Part shown: positions 37,991-52,700 of the stretch, piece after piece | Position numbering within the stretch: the stretch's first letter is position 1 | How the letters are laid out: each line of letters opens with the position of its first letter | Assembly: GCF_018977255.1 (NCBI RefSeq) | Contig: NW_024704746.1 | Location: 22,134,001-22,198,000, forward strand | Length of the DNA: 64,000 nucleotides | Source of the DNA: Callorhinchus milii | Lineage: Eukaryota | Direction: 5' to 3' | Made by a program: the position numbers and the translations under genes | Notes under the pieces: generated by a model | The model's database searches: none | Told to the model about the DNA's origin: nothing | The model's input: only the letters and a program-made list of their open reading frames with translations

Positions 37991-38743
37991 CCAACCCCCC
38001 ATCACCCAACCCGCCCCCACCCCCAAACAAAATGACAACCATCACTTTTAATAGGAATTACCCTTTAAACCCTGAACATTCCACCCTGACTGTAAGGCTG
38101 GGGCGGTTCCAGGCCGGCACTGTCTCTATTACAAGGTCACTCCGCTTATCTCTTGACGTTTTTATGTAACATTTTTATGCTGTTATGGGACATTCCCTGT
38201 AGCACTTACTTCAACCGTAAAAATGGGCCTGTGCTCTCTTGGCTCCCACGGATTGTGCTCTAATGAGGGTTGAGATTGTAGTTTCTCTCGTTATTTTGTC
38301 TTACAGTCCAGGAGCCTGATTCTTTACAGTCGAGTCTTAAGTCAGTGTGCATCTCTCCTTCAGTTTCAATGGGGGATGTGCCACTTTAAGAAAGATGACC
38401 CCTGATGAGTATCTTTTGGCTTCAGGCTTCTCATGGAGTCCAGTGATTGTGACAGGTCTCTTAAAGGGTCTGCGCGCTGCTTTGGGGAGGGGAGTGGGGC
38501 TGGTGGGTGGCGATGGTGGGAGGAATTTTAAGGCAGAAACAACTGGGAACAGCCTGCTCCGAAAATTCCTCTCTCACAATGTCACTACGCCGGCTGCTGT
38601 GATTAGTCATCGCTGCAGCGGGAGCTACGTGTCACTGTGTGTGCTATAGCTTAATATGTAATGATGTATCTAAATTGGCCTCCTCCGTACATAAGCCTTC
38701 CACGGTGACAGGGAATGTTTTGGGGGTGGGGGGTGGGGTGGGG

Positions 38744-38806
38744 TGGTCAGTTGGGTGTCTGACACACACGGAAACCCACTGCCGGGCTTATGGACATCCA
38801 AACCAA
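38744..38806. repeat. Unclassified dispersed repeat, partial copy 3
   Basis: TGGTCA..GGGTGTCTGACACACACGGAAACCCA...ATCCAAACCAA. Confidence 0.75.
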
Positions 38807-39789
38807 ACGTTTGCGTAGAAATTTCGCTGCGTTAACCTCGTGGAGCAATTATATTCCAACAATTGTAACTTTTAGCAGCAGTTATTGACATTCTGGGTAC
38901 ACCCCCCCCCCTCTCTCTCTCTCTTTTTCTCTTTCTCTATCTCTCTCTCACACGCACAACGGTCGCTGTGGTTTGCAGCTTTGGTGCTGATGTGTTTCTG
39001 AAAACTCCATCCAGATGTTTCCGGGCACTTCCCTCACCGTCGCCCATTCCAGGAGTCAAAGCTCCGCTGCATTCTATCCTTCGTGAAGAATTAAGAGATT
39101 CCAGTCACAACCTGATACATCGAAATGGCTGACCCCCTGAAAACTGTGACCCAATATCATCCCCCATTGCAGTAACTGGCTTGGCAGTGGACACCATTGG
39201 GATTACTTTCACTTGTAGTTCTCCTGACCTCTTGCTGAACGGGAATGTGTGTGCGGGTTACACCATAAACTGGATATTTAGCTTCAAGTGTTAGATTACC
39301 TAATAAACCGAGCGGCACTGACAGGGAGATCGTGTTACAGCAGATGAAATTACACTAATAAACTGCGGGAAAAGTACTTATTGTTCCCCAGGTTTGCATT
39401 GTTGGCCATCCCATTGCCATTACCCATCATTGGGAATTCAGGCCAGATTTAGACTCTTTTCTCGGACTGTGAAGCGTTACAGGTTACTTGATACAGTTCG
39501 GGTCATATGGGACTTACTGACACGAACAATAAGGGTCTTGCATAATTCAGTGCATTCAATAACTTTATCTGAGTGCGTAAATCATGTCGATTTTAAAACA
39601 ATTTGAAAAAATACCAGCTGAGTTGGATTGACAGTGATGTATTCACAAGATCAATAGGCACAATCAAATCAGATGTTATTTATTTACTTATTTAAGGATA
39701 TGTGTTTTTATTTTTGGCTGTAAGAGTCCAGTATTGTCCAGAATAAACGAACCCAAGCTAGTCTTACATCATGAGATCTCATTGACAGA

Positions 39790-39985
39790 GAATTCAAACC
39801 AAGGTTCTAGTGGTCAGTGTTTTAAAGGGACCCCAGAGGATTTCTACGACTGAGTGAGGTTTTTGGAACTTCTGTCAAGAAGTGTTTCTTCACACAGAGG
39901 CTTGTGAAGACCTGGAATGCTCTGCCCCAGAAAGCTGTAGAGGCGAAATCAAAAGGGACGTTTAAAAAAGAAATACAGATACCCG
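39790..39985 (+). mobile_element. CR1 LINE ORF2 C-terminal remnant
   Basis: Translates to ...TSVKKCFFTQRLVKTWNALPQKAVEAKSKGTFKKEI, the CR1 FF-x-QR-V-x-x-WN-x-LP signature. Confidence 0.82.
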
Positions 39986-42900
39986 TAGAGTAGTAAAGCT
40001 ATCAGTTTGCTCTCAGCGATGACAAAAGGCCGGTGTGTTGGGATTAACAGATCACAAAATTGGTTTGGAGATGAAGGCCTGATCTTATTCCTCCAGAATA
40101 CCCACCCACTTGCCCTTATCCATGCTGAGGCACAACCCAATCTCTCTGCTCAAAATGGCTCCTTAATTAAGAATTAAGTCAGTCAATCTTGTGAGAAGGA
40201 AATCTGGATTGACCAACCAATTGTCAATTGTCCTCCTAGCAGCTTTGCAAAGTCACTTCCTACATCCCCTACATGGACCTGTATTTGTGCATTATCTTTC
40301 CGCCTGAAATCAGTCGCTGAAGATGATTGTTGCGGTTTCCTTAGTCGAGCAATAGATTTTGGAGGTTGATTGACCGTCGGTGTGTTACACTGTGCCGTCA
40401 TCTCAGACTCACAGCCCATCTACACAGTCAAGCTTATTGATCTAAAACCCACTTTATTCTACTCCAGTCCATCATTTCACTCCGCTCCCAATTTGGAAAT
40501 TATTTTTGCAAAATCAGTACTGAGCAATGTTGGAGCCCCCAGGTATTATACCCTTGTAATATTGTAATGATAATCAATAAACTGAAGGTTGGTTCCTTGG
40601 TGTATTGACCACTCTTATGACTACAGTTGTGTTGTTTTCTTAGTTCGTGGGTAATAATAATACAATAATAATACTTGCATTTGATGTGGTGCCTTATCAT
40701 ATCATCGAAACATCTGAAAGTGCTTCACAGGATTTACTGTCATTTGTAGTGACTGTGGATTTGTAGGCAGGCACAGTAGCTAAAGTTTTAATAGCTAAAA
40801 GCAAGCTCATGAAATGCCTGGAATTCCTCTCTCTCTCTCTCTCTGCCAACATTTAACCATGGAGGGGAAGAAATATTGGACTTTCACACCATTGCATTCT
40901 TTAACCCAACTCGCAAAATTTTTACCTCTCAAAATCTGCAATAAAAAGTGTTTGCGAACATAAAAGGGCAGCTGAGTTTTTTAAGACCTTGTCGAAGGAC
41001 AATAGGGAGGACGGTACACCCATTTCTCACCTGAAATAAGGGGACCTCTGAAATAATAATCAACTCATACTGAGTCACTTCTTCCATTTCTATCCATTTT
41101 TGGGGCTACTAGTTTCTGCTTTGACTGAGCAAACTTCATGGACTCAACTTTCCAGGCTTCCCATCATCTGGAAAGTGCACCTGTGAAATTCCACACTCTT
41201 CAATCGCCTTCCAATGTGGAAGAGCTCCCACTGTTTTATAGAGTGTTAGCGATGACAATTACTAGCCTTCGGAGGAGGTCGTTCATCCCATCCCATCAGG
41301 TCAATCCTTTTTTGGACCCTCCTTTTCTGTCCCGTTTGGTGTTGTAAACTCAAGAGCATCTCGCCACTAACCGCACACTTGGCAAACAGAGAAGGGACCT
41401 TGTAACTTGCCATCTCAAAACATTCATGCCCTCTGAATTAACCACACACTACTCAATATTAGACCAGGAGACTGTTGCGATCTTTATAGTCCTGCAGAGC
41501 ATAATCATCGCTTCCACTGCCATATTGGTACCAAGGTAGCAGGCTGTTGGGTATCATTTACAAACTGTTACCATGATCATTAATTCTCCCCCTCCCACTC
41601 ACTCTCCTTCACTCTCGCTCTCTCTCTCTCTCCCTATCTCTCTCCCGGTAACATAACAGTATCACTTGGCGTGGTGTTGCCACTTTAAACAACCCTCCTG
41701 CAAGAATGTCATTTAAATACCACTTTGGAAATGTCAAGTAGTTCATCAATGGTGCGTATCATTTTCTGTCTTCTCGCCCGTCGCCTCGGCTGGAACCATT
41801 CAGAGCCATTAGACAAAGTAAGCCGAGGCTATTGTGGAGGAGTATATTAAAGCATTTCATGCATGCAGCATCACATAGGCTATTTTATTATACTCATGTT
41901 AAAGTTTGAGACAGAAGAGCGATAAATCAAGGAGCTTTAATAGTCTACTTTAGAAAGTGGCTGCAGTGGCATGTGTGTGCGCCTACATGTCTTTTGGACT
42001 TTAAGAAGACGTTTATGAAAGACTTTTATAATGAAAACGGCTAGGTTTAAATTTTTTTTGGCGTAAAATTTATTACATTTATTTTTTGTGGCACTGACGA
42101 GACTTTGGCCTTCGCACAACCGGAAGGTGGAATGGAATGAAATCTTTTACGTTGATGCCAATTTTTTATTCCTTTCTCCTCAATACTTTTCCTCCGGTTT
42201 TTCTGCCCCCTACCCAACCCTTCCTCTCCCAACGGTGCCTTACTCCGTCCTGCATGCCCTCAATCAATCACTGTGGAATCATACCCGAGCTGAGACAAGC
42301 CTGCAATCAGTCGCTAGTTGAAAGGTTCAAATTGATAATTCACTCTGAAAGACGATCAGATGAGAAGTGAATGAACAGGTCTGTCAATATTGTCACTGAC
42401 TTCACCCGCTTCCCCCTCAAAAGTGCCAGGAAATAGCCAAATCACCCGGGGACATTTATCACTTTGAGATTTTACTGGTTTCCTGGGATTTGTTTCAAGG
42501 TCACTTCGAAATCAAACTGATTGATTGCAGTTATGTCATTGTAGGTTGATTTCTGATTCACTCACCTCCGCAATTAACCCCAACCTGCATTTTTCCATTT
42601 CGACTTCAAACCACTGATTGACCCCAGCTTTGTTTGTGGCGTAAACTCGGGAAGAGGGTCAGTGGCAAATTGACGCACGTTGGGGGGGAAAAAAAACTCG
42701 GCGAACAATCCAGATCCCAAAACATTCCCAGTCCAAGGTTGGGAGATCGGGAGAGGTGAAGAATGCTCCCAGCGTGAAGCTTGGGATTTGGGGAGGTCCA
42801 AAGTCATGTCTGGGATACACATTTCTCCCAACTTTGGATGGGACATTAAACCAAAGGAGTTTCTCCTGGTGTCCAGGCCAACAATCCCCCAGATAAAATT

Positions 42901-45900
42901 GGTCATTCAGTTCATAACTGTTTATGGGACAATGCTGTGTTGTTGTTGCCGTGAACAAATTGGCCGCTGTGTTGGCCTACAAATGCAGTCACTACAGTAT
43001 ACCCTGTGAAGCACTTTGCAACGTCCTCCTGACATGAAAGGCGCTATTATCAAATGTACAGATTATTATTTAAACTCTGTAACACTGAAGTCAACCGATT
43101 CAAGAAGCCCCTTTGAATTCTTTGTAAATGATGATAGTATCAGTGCGTATTAAAACAAAACATTTGAGAGGTTTTAATTGACTTGTTCTCTTGCCCCACG
43201 ATTTTGTTATTGCTCGAGTTTTACTTCATTCTCAGGCTACCGTAAAGATAATGTTGGAAAACCAAACCCATGACGAGTTAGTTATTCATTATTACCCTCA
43301 GTAATATGAGGGTATTGATGATTTATCTGTCACAAGCCAACAAGATGAATCCTGAGTTGCTTTAATGAACTGTCCTTCACGACAGCCAAATTCACAGGTT
43401 GTGTAACAGGAAGACAAGATCTGCCCGTCTCACATGCTGGCGCTGATATTAAGCACTTGAGACTTCTTTGCTGATGTGAAAGGCACTATATAAATGTAAA
43501 TTGTACAGTATTGTATATCTGTGGCTCTTTTCACTTGTCCTTCCTGTGATAAAGATCCTATTTATAGGGGGCGAAAGAAATAGATCTGTTGGAATGAAGA
43601 ATTATTCTATTTGTTCCTTTGTTCTTCATATGGCTTAGGACTAGTATCTTTTGTCTTGTAGGCAAATGATTGTCTTAGTGTACGTGTGTGTGAGTCTCTC
43701 TCTCACTCTCAAGGGACTTTAGTGAAACTTAAATCCACAATTCGTAAAGAGATGACTTTTAGGGTCTTTGTAAGGCATGTCTCTGGTGAGCCGGGTTCTG
43801 TTGTTTCAGAGAATTGCAATAACTTGATCTCTGGAGAACCAGATCTGAAGGCACCACTAAGGGCATGGCCTTGACGTTGGTAGCAAACCTGATCTGATCT
43901 CGGAAAGCGATCACTCTGCTTTCTCCCAAGGCCCAGTCTACACAGGCCTTGGGAGAGAGAAAGGAGATTTATTAATTATAAATTTCCATCTCAGAAATGT
44001 ATAATTAATGGCACCGGAGTGCCCAGAACAGTGACTCATAAGCTTATCAAGATTTCATTTTGAAAATGTATACGCAGGGTTAAATTCATAATCAGATCCC
44101 AGCTATCAGCATTCGATCTGATAAGGTAATCCCTATCCTACTGCTTAGGACTGACAGCACTATGAGCTGTGCTGTACGTCACCCCTAAATAGGAATTGCC
44201 TTTGCTTAATATGCTTTGCTTAAGAACTTTGAGATGTTTAATCTACATAAAAGGCGCTGTGTGAGTGCAAGGTGTGTGGCCGCTTGTTAATCCACTTGCT
44301 GCTCAGATGGCCGTGATGAGTTAAGTGTATCACTGGTGAGTGACAAGAGCTCTAGATTTTCCTGTACACTCAGCTCCCACTCTATTCTGACAGTCCAGTG
44401 CAGTGTTAGGGGAGGCATTCCATCGTGGGAGGCGCCGCCCTTCGGATTAGATATTATACCGCGATCCCACTTGTTCCTCTTCGGGTGGGAATTGAAAGAC
44501 GCCACGGTTAAACAGTAATAATAATAATAACAGCAGCTCAGAGCATTAAATCCCAGTGGCCCATTGAGGTCTCAAGAGCTAAATTCTCCCAAATCTGTTC
44601 TCTACCTTACCAGGTCAGGTTTGTGTTCGGAAGACTCTTTATACTTGTCACAATAATAATAATAACTTGGTCACTCAATCCACGACTGTTTGTGGGAACG
44701 CTGCTGTGCGCAATTGGCTGCCTCATTTCGTCTCGCCCATACAATACGCAGTCACTACACTTTACAGTGTATTCGTTGAAGCGCTTTGAGACGACTCGAA
44801 GACGTGACAAGGGGCTATGTCAAATGCATCGATTATTATTATTGTTATTATTATTATTATGGCATAAAGATTTTCGAAACTGATTTTCAGGTTTCCGTTT
44901 CCGTTTCGTTTCAGGTATAAAAAAGCATCAGATGTTTAGTGCCCAGTGCAGTCAATATTGTGATGGCTTAATCACGTCGCTGGTCTATGTATAGACATCA
45001 GGATGTGTCCTGCACGCCCGTCGCTACAGCAACCGGGTCCCTTTAAATACAGGATGCAGGAGGGAAACAAATTCATGATTTCGAGCAACATTTTTAACAA
45101 AACAGAATCTTTTCGGAAAGACTTCCGGGACGGAAGCGTAACCCTGGTTCTGAACGGGTTAACGTACTCCGTGTGCCCTCTGCTTATCCACAGCAACAGG
45201 TGGATGCCGAAGAGGCGGTGAATTACATAACTCAGACACACTTGAGTACACCACAAATGTTTGCGGTTTGGGTTTAGTTCCTGACCTTGGCACAGAAATA
45301 CTTCAAATGGGTGGGTTAGATGCAGACTCTTCCAAACACCTAAAATCACTCAAAGACCACCCCCCCCCACCCGCCCCCACCCTCAAGGAGAAGCTCTTCG
45401 ATCTCCCCCATTGTGGCTCCACGGCCTGACCATCCCATTATGTTTAGGATCAACTGGGGGTTAGCAAGCGGAAGCATCCGTAAAGGGGTCTGTGCAGTCA
45501 GGAATTTTTCTGCCTTGCCAGCGGGAAAAATTCCATTCCAGAGCATCAAAACATTGTGCCATTAATGGCCTCATCAAGCAGCCACATGTACTATCAAGTG
45601 TTACATAGCGAGAATTTCAGGCAGAAGTGACCATAGGCCACGGATCCCACTAACCCACTTATCCAATTTCCCACAGGATTCCTTCACCGTAGCTGTCTCA
45701 AATTCTAATAAGAGTTACGTAGATTAATTACATTGGCCTCGAATGCTTTCAATTGTCAAGAGTGCGTCTTGTTCCTTTTTGAAACGTGTAGATTCTTGTT
45801 CAAACACCTGTGCTTCTAAATGCCTATTACCCTTTACCAAGCAAAACAACTTGCAGAGTTTCCTGTACTGTTTTGCTGCTCTCATTTCGAAGCTACGGCC

Positions 45901-48900
45901 ATAGAGAAATTGCGGATCTATTGTTTGGTGCACCCTGATATTTCAGTGGAATGATTGTAGCTTTGGTCACTTAATGAGTTCCCAGTAAACAGGAAAAGTT
46001 CTTCAAAGGAAACTCTGTTCCATCACAGATTTGTTCCTCCAAACGTTGGAATGGAATGGAAAACTTTCAGTTAATGGGAACAGCTTGGGTTGGGGTTACT
46101 GCTTAAAAAGCGTGCGCCTGATTTGCTTTTGTCACACCAAACTAGTGTGCGAGTGACACTGGAATGGTACCAGTGTAGAACCCAAGCCATACATAATGCC
46201 ACCGCACATGGCAATAGTTACCGATGCTGCTGTAAACTCAGCGCTGTGTTGTGTAGCAAGCCAACAACAACTTGCACTTATATAAACACACACAGTCAAT
46301 TCGCTTTATAGTATATTCTGTGAAGGGCGCTAGATCAAATGCAAGGATTATTATTATTGCCACAATCCCAGGAGTATGTTTCCAGCTGTTCTTTAATAAT
46401 AATAATAATAATCCTTGCATTCTTGAGGATTCAAATTATTGACGTGGAGCTTGAACCTACAACCTTCTGACTTAGAGGCGAGAGAGCTACCAACTGAGCC
46501 ACCGATCTGTAGCACGGTGATAGAGTGAAGGGCATTCATTTTTTTTAAAAAGGAGTGGGAGAGGAACTATAAACAGTGTTGGTTTGCCTATAAAGTACAG
46601 TCACTACACTTTATAGTAAGATCCTGTGAAGCACTTCGAGACATCTCAATGACGTGATAAGGCGCTGTATCAAATGCAAGGATTCTCAGTTTACTCCACT
46701 TTCAAACCTGGCTTTTCCTGGTGATCAATGTAACCATGGCAGTGATTTCACACCCCGTCAAAAAATACCAAAAAATGTTAGCAATCATTCTGCTCACACA
46801 CAGTGTAAGATCAGCCCCGCATTATTAACAGGGACCTCTCTCAACAAGGGTGGAGAGAGCCCAACCTGGGAGAAGCCTTTTAGCTCAGGTGAACAGCCTT
46901 CACTGCGACTAATACATTACTGAATCAGCAGGTGGAAGTGCTTTAAACAAAAGCAGCAGTGGGATTCCTTTGTGTGTTGACAACCAAGACATATTGCTCT
47001 CCGTGAATGGTGCTGATGAGGTTTGGGATACTGTAAGCATGATTGATTGCTTGAGTGGATTTTACTTACCCAGCTGCAAAGCATCAGATGGACTTGGAAT
47101 GAACCAAACCGCCTGGCTTTTACACCCTTTTTTTCCCCCTCTCATCATCTAGAGAGCAACTTTTGCTGCAAGAGATGGGTTAATGGCTTATTGGGAGCAC
47201 TTTACAGGACACCTCCTGCTATTCAGACTCGTTGTAGCTTTGCTTAACAGCAGTGACTGAATAGAGGGAACATGTTGTTTGCTGTGGAACTGTCCACAAT
47301 AAAAGACTTACACTACAAGCCACACAACAAAAGATGTCAATTTCTCAACGGGATCTTTACTGCAGCCATTCATCCATCCAGCTGAGAATTGCGTTGCACA
47401 GATGTACTTTTATGACCACAGACTGTAGTTAGTTCCAAACTGTTCCTACAGTATAACCGTGCTGCGTACATTAAATAAGCTCTCTCCCCACTTTTCGGTA
47501 AAAGAAACAAAACTGGAATAGGACAGAGCCTTAAAAATCTATGAAGTACTTGCTGTGCTGTTTGGTTGCATTCTTTTGCAAAAATATAGGTTGTTATTAT
47601 TAGAGCTTCAAGTATGATCGAATAATTTGCATTTCATCTAGCACCTTATCACAATGTCACTGGACTTTACTGTGACGTGCTGCGTCTGTGTGGTTTTGTG
47701 GGTGAACTCAGCAGTCAATTTGCATTCAGCGATGTCCCACAAACAGTCACAAAATGAATGATCAGTTTTATCTGGGGAGGAATTGTTGGTCAGGCCACTG
47801 GGGGAAACTCCCTTGGAATAGTGCCTCTAAGATCATTAGAGGAAAAATTAATTCAGGAAACATTAAAATATGCTTGTTTATTTCCCGACCCTCGTACTTT
47901 CCCCAACGCCCACAAAGCAAAAGAACGAAAAACTTGACCAACAGAATCCTACTCAAGCACCGATGTTCGTGGGCTAACTTCGGTGAATGACTCGATTCTG
48001 GAGAAATCCCACGGATTTGTACAGCGACCAATTTCAAAGAGCACATTTCTAAGGGGGAACGCAGAGAAGGGCCTAACTTAACCCAACTTGAAAAGAAGAG
48101 GACCTGGCAGAACTGACAAGCCAGATATGGGCTTCGGTGTCTAGACTCAGTGTTGGTGTCAGCAGTGATGAATGTGATGTCAGCCTCGACACCCACAGAG
48201 CACCGAGACTGACACTATGCTTTATTATCATCATCAGAATTTAATTATTACATTAGTCACAAGAAGCAGACATTAAAAGGCAGTTCAATCAACTCTTCAC
48301 GATTGCAGGCCGAGATGCTGAGCCTCTGCAGGCATCATTGTACAGCTCTTTAGACATTCTTACTTTTCTAATCCTCTCTGTCCCACCAGTGATTTATCCT
48401 CCCAAGGAACGCAGCATATCAAGAATGCAACTCAGTGAATTCTTTTGATTAAAAATACATTTAAAGCTACTCCGTGCTCTATTTTTATAGCGTGCAACAC
48501 GCAGGCTTCCTTGTGTGTCAGCCCCACTTGGTTGGTCGGTTCTCTTGTCTGTGAATCAGCAGGTTGTGGGTTCAAGCCTCGCACCGGGACTCTGAACTCA
48601 TTGGTGACACTTGACTACAATGTTGGGGGGAGCGCTGAGTTGGCAACGGTGCCGTGCTTTGGGTGAGATGTTAAGCTGAGTTCCCGGCTGCCTGTTTAGA
48701 TGGACGTTAAAGATCCCACGGTAATTTATGGTGATTTCTATGAAGTGCTTTGAGCGGTCCTCCCGATGTGAAAAGCGCTACGTCAAATGCAAGGATTATT
48801 ATTTTGACGTTCAACGGGTAAAAGCGAGGGTTTTTGCTGACTGTATATTTAGGAAGCAAGTCGCTGGTTATTTAGAAAGAAAAGTTTTTAAGGGGAACAG

Positions 48901-49454
48901 AGGAAAGATTTTCTGTTTCTTTGGAGCCCTACTGTTGTCTGAAGAATCTACACTTCCTAATGCAACACTGAGCAATGTATTTACCAACTGAGCAGATAAA
49001 TTGTTTCAAAACAAGGATTACAATCAACTTCTGCAGTGCTGTGGTACCACATTGTTGTGGGACCAAATACATATAATGGGGTCTGTTGAATTTTCTTCTG
49101 AGCTACAAAAAAGAGGCTTTTCCAAGCTTTTCCAGCGTGGCAGGACTTCCCCTTTAAGCATCGAGCTATGCATCAAAATGGCTGTTATTACATACTGCAA
49201 GCGTTTTTTCCACACCTGAATACACCGTGTCTAAATAATAGATGGGTTTCTTAAATGGTCTATATATAGTGCCTGTGAATGGCAGCTTTGAAGAGACTGT
49301 TTAAGCATGGGGGGGGGTGGGGGGGGGGGGTAGGGGTCAGGGAGGGACATTTGTATGCATTGCAGTTTGTGCGTTGAGGGATTATAAACCATATTTTGCA
49401 GGAACTTTCAACAAGTTTTCATTCCCCAATTTCACCTGCCCGTCCCCTCCTACA

Positions 49455-49708
49455 TGGAGTCCTGTAGCTCAGTGGTTAGAGCGTTTGCCTTACAAGCGAA
49501 TAAGAACCCGGTTCACGACTGTTTGTGGGACGCTGCTGTGCGCAGTTGGCTGCCACGTTGTGCCCACAAAACTTACAGTCCATTCACTTTACAGTATATT
49601 CTGGGAAGGAGTCAGGAAACTTGCCTAATGTTTCGTCCTGCCCGGGAATTGAACCCAGGTCCTCTCCTTGCAAGGCAAGTGCTCTAACCACTGAGCTACA
49701 GGACTCCA
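49455..49708. mobile_element. Fused inverted pair of head-A SINE fragments
   Basis: 49455-49482 is the exact reverse complement of 49681-49708; a Deu core fragment lies between. Confidence 0.85.
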
Positions 49709-52700
49709 ATGAATGCCACTTATTGTACAATAGCGTGCTGTGTCGCTGTGGGGACGAACTTGTTGAGATAAATCTGAATAGAAGATGTGGCCCTATTCCT
49801 CCACCTCAATCTTCTCCTTTATTGCGAGGGCTCGAGCTCTCTGTGACCCAGTCGAGCAAGGAAAACCCTTCAGAGCCAGGCTGGCAGAGGCGGAGAATGA
49901 GATACAAACCCCATTTACAGAGACTTGAACTTTGCCACTTTCGTTTAATCGATCTCGCATCACCTTAAAGCAATCATTTAACAGTCACCCGACGAAGAAA
50001 GGAGGAGAACAAAAAAAAAGCACAAGATATATTGGGAGGATAAGCGCTAGCGTTTTACTCTCAGCAGTTCCCATTTTCCCTTCTAACACTGCAGGTGATA
50101 ATCCCAGTACATTTATGATCGGAGAACCTGGGTTCAGCTTTGCAGCGTTCAGGAATAGCATTGCTTTGTTAAGGCCCGATTCTTAGGGAAGGTGTTTGAT
50201 CACGTCGGAATGGCAATGATCGTGTATTTCTGTATATTCTGTGCAGCGCTTTCAGACGTCTTGAAGATGTGATATGGCGCTATATCAAATCCAAGGATTA
50301 TTATTATTATTATAATTCAAAGTTGTTGTTAACCCTCTGCTTTGCCCAAGTAAAGTGCACTGATGTTTTGATCGCAAATGTGACCATTTTCAACCTCTGC
50401 CACTGGCCTGCCGTGCCAAAGGTGTGAGAAAATAATATTAATTTACTTAGCTGGGACGGCAATGAGCCAAAGGCAAATCGCGGTGAGATTTAAGCAAAAG
50501 CTTATCTTTTTATAGCTGCCTCTCTTGGCTGGTTTGACTGAAGCCTGAAAAGGTTCATCTCTCAGCAGAGAACTGTAAGGGAGAAGGGAATAGAGGGTTG
50601 TGAGAGTAGAGAATAGGAGGGGCAGAAGCTCGTGTGGCGAATAAACACCAGCACGGACTATTTGCGCCGAATGGCTTGTTTCTGTGATGTCCAGTCTCGC
50701 ACGTGAACAAAGAGCATTTGATGGAGGTACAGACCCCAAGGAAATTCGGAACAAAATCTAGCCAGTCTGTAAAGCTACGGGTCGAGGAAATACAAGCAAA
50801 TGAGAAATCCTCCCAGTTTATAAATTGCTAGACAGACAGAAGCAGTGCAATTAAGATTATAATCATATTGGTTGCAATATAACCAGCTTGAGTTAAGTAG
50901 AACAGAATTAAGACGTAAATTGGACTGGCCTGGTCTGCTTAATAAGAATAGGAAGAGGCTCAGTGTAGGTAGGACCCAGCTTCCAGCTGATAATAGCTGT
51001 GAATGAGAGCGAGAGCCACTGGCTCGAGACAATTGGAAGGAGCGTTGCATCAGGCGAGGAGAGTGGGGACACACTGCAACAAAGCAATGACCTCATCAGG
51101 TTAGTTGAAGCCAATACGATATGAAGCTAAATGTGCAGTAGCAGGAACCAGGGATTTCCATAAACTCCCCGAAGCAAATCGCAGCTAATGCGACGAGTAC
51201 ACACATCAGAGAAATCAATTAGATCCCAATTATTAACCCAGAAATCTAGCATTTCTGCACCGTCATCAACGTGCATATAACGTTACAATTCTTCATTGTC
51301 TCACCGAATTACCGCGGAACACTTTTTATGACATTAAAGTCACGGTGAAGTGTTACATCTCTAGACGGTGCCTATTATCCAAGGTTGCAAATAAAAAGGT
51401 TGAACCAGGTTGCATTTCACCCAATTATCTGAATCCAATCATTTATTTTTAGAAAAAAAAAGCTCACACCTGTTTCGTTTTGCTCAGCTATTTCACTGTC
51501 TGCTGACAACCGTACATTGTCATGTTTATCCAGAGATCGCAGGTCGGTTTGGGTCTGAAGCGACAATGCTGACGTGTAGTTGACGTGATGGTAACTGGAA
51601 ACTGAACACGGCAGCTCTACTATCCTTAGTCTTAGGTTTACGTTACCACTTTTGGTTGTTCTGAGTTCCAGGGTCAAAACATACTGTGACCCTGTTCAAG
51701 AAAATGATGGTGAGGCCCATTGAGGACTCAGAAACCTCAGACCTACCGTTCATAAATGATGGCTTGATACAGGGAAGGAGAAGTAGAAAATCTTTGCGTT
51801 CGAAATAGAGCCTAAGCAACGTCTCAAAGCGCTTCACCGGATTTACTGTCAAATGTAGTGACTGTAGGCGAGCACTGTATCCAAATTGCACTCAGCAATA
51901 TTCCACGAAGAGTCGTGAAGTGAATGAGCACCAGATTGTAGCTTTGCCCTGAGTATTTTTTTCCCGCAGAAATTCTGTGGAAAGAGTTTGAAGAGTTTAA
52001 CTAGTTGAAACCTCAGTGTACAAAGATTTCAGCCCGAAGATAGATACCCGTCATGTTGGATTGATCGATCAAAACTGTTTTTGCTTCCAGTTCTCGCACC
52101 ACACAGCCCTTCCTTCTCCAGTTAGGAGGGTCGCCTTAAGATTCCTGTGACCACATTGCCCTCGTGAATCAAACTCCCAGCCCTCTCTCTCTCTCTCTCT
52201 GCGAGGCACCACGAAGGCAAAGGGTCACCGATCCAGTGGTCCATTTAGTGGACTGACTGAAGAAGTGATAAGACTTGAAACTCAGGATTAATGACCTGCT
52301 TTACCGAGCTGAAGTTAAAGGATGGCAATGGCAGGCTGTCCACTAAGCATATTGGGAAATCTGACCCAGTTTTGATCTGTTCCTGGACCCCCCCCCCCCC
52401 CCTCGAGGCTGACTAATAAGAATCAATGCTGGAGATGTCAGCGAGGCTCGAAATCTTATTACCTGCCCTCTAGTCCTGGTTGAAACCCAGCCCCCACCCC
52501 CCCCCACCCCCACCCCTCCGCCTTTGACCTAGGAAAAGAAACGAGTTCAAGGAAGACTTTAGAATCAATCTCGCCTTAATATCATCGAGATATGCTTTGA
52601 GTCACTTTTCTATTTTAGGTCTTTGAAGGATCATAAATATTTTATGAATCTTTTTTATCCCAATTTACGACAATTCGGGTTTGACATACAGCATCAAGTA

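Noticed and set aside
40468-40542. AG..GT-bounded 75-nt segment (SPSFHSAPNLEIIFAKSVLSNVGAP) vaguely like the last BH-domain exon of p85
   Set aside because: Similarity is weak and the end phase (2) is incompatible with the phase-1 junction required.
44520-44665. Apparent insert flanked by (AAT)n inside a SINE
   Set aside because: No local donor found; better explained as a diverged head-A SINE, which carries an internal AATAATAAT.
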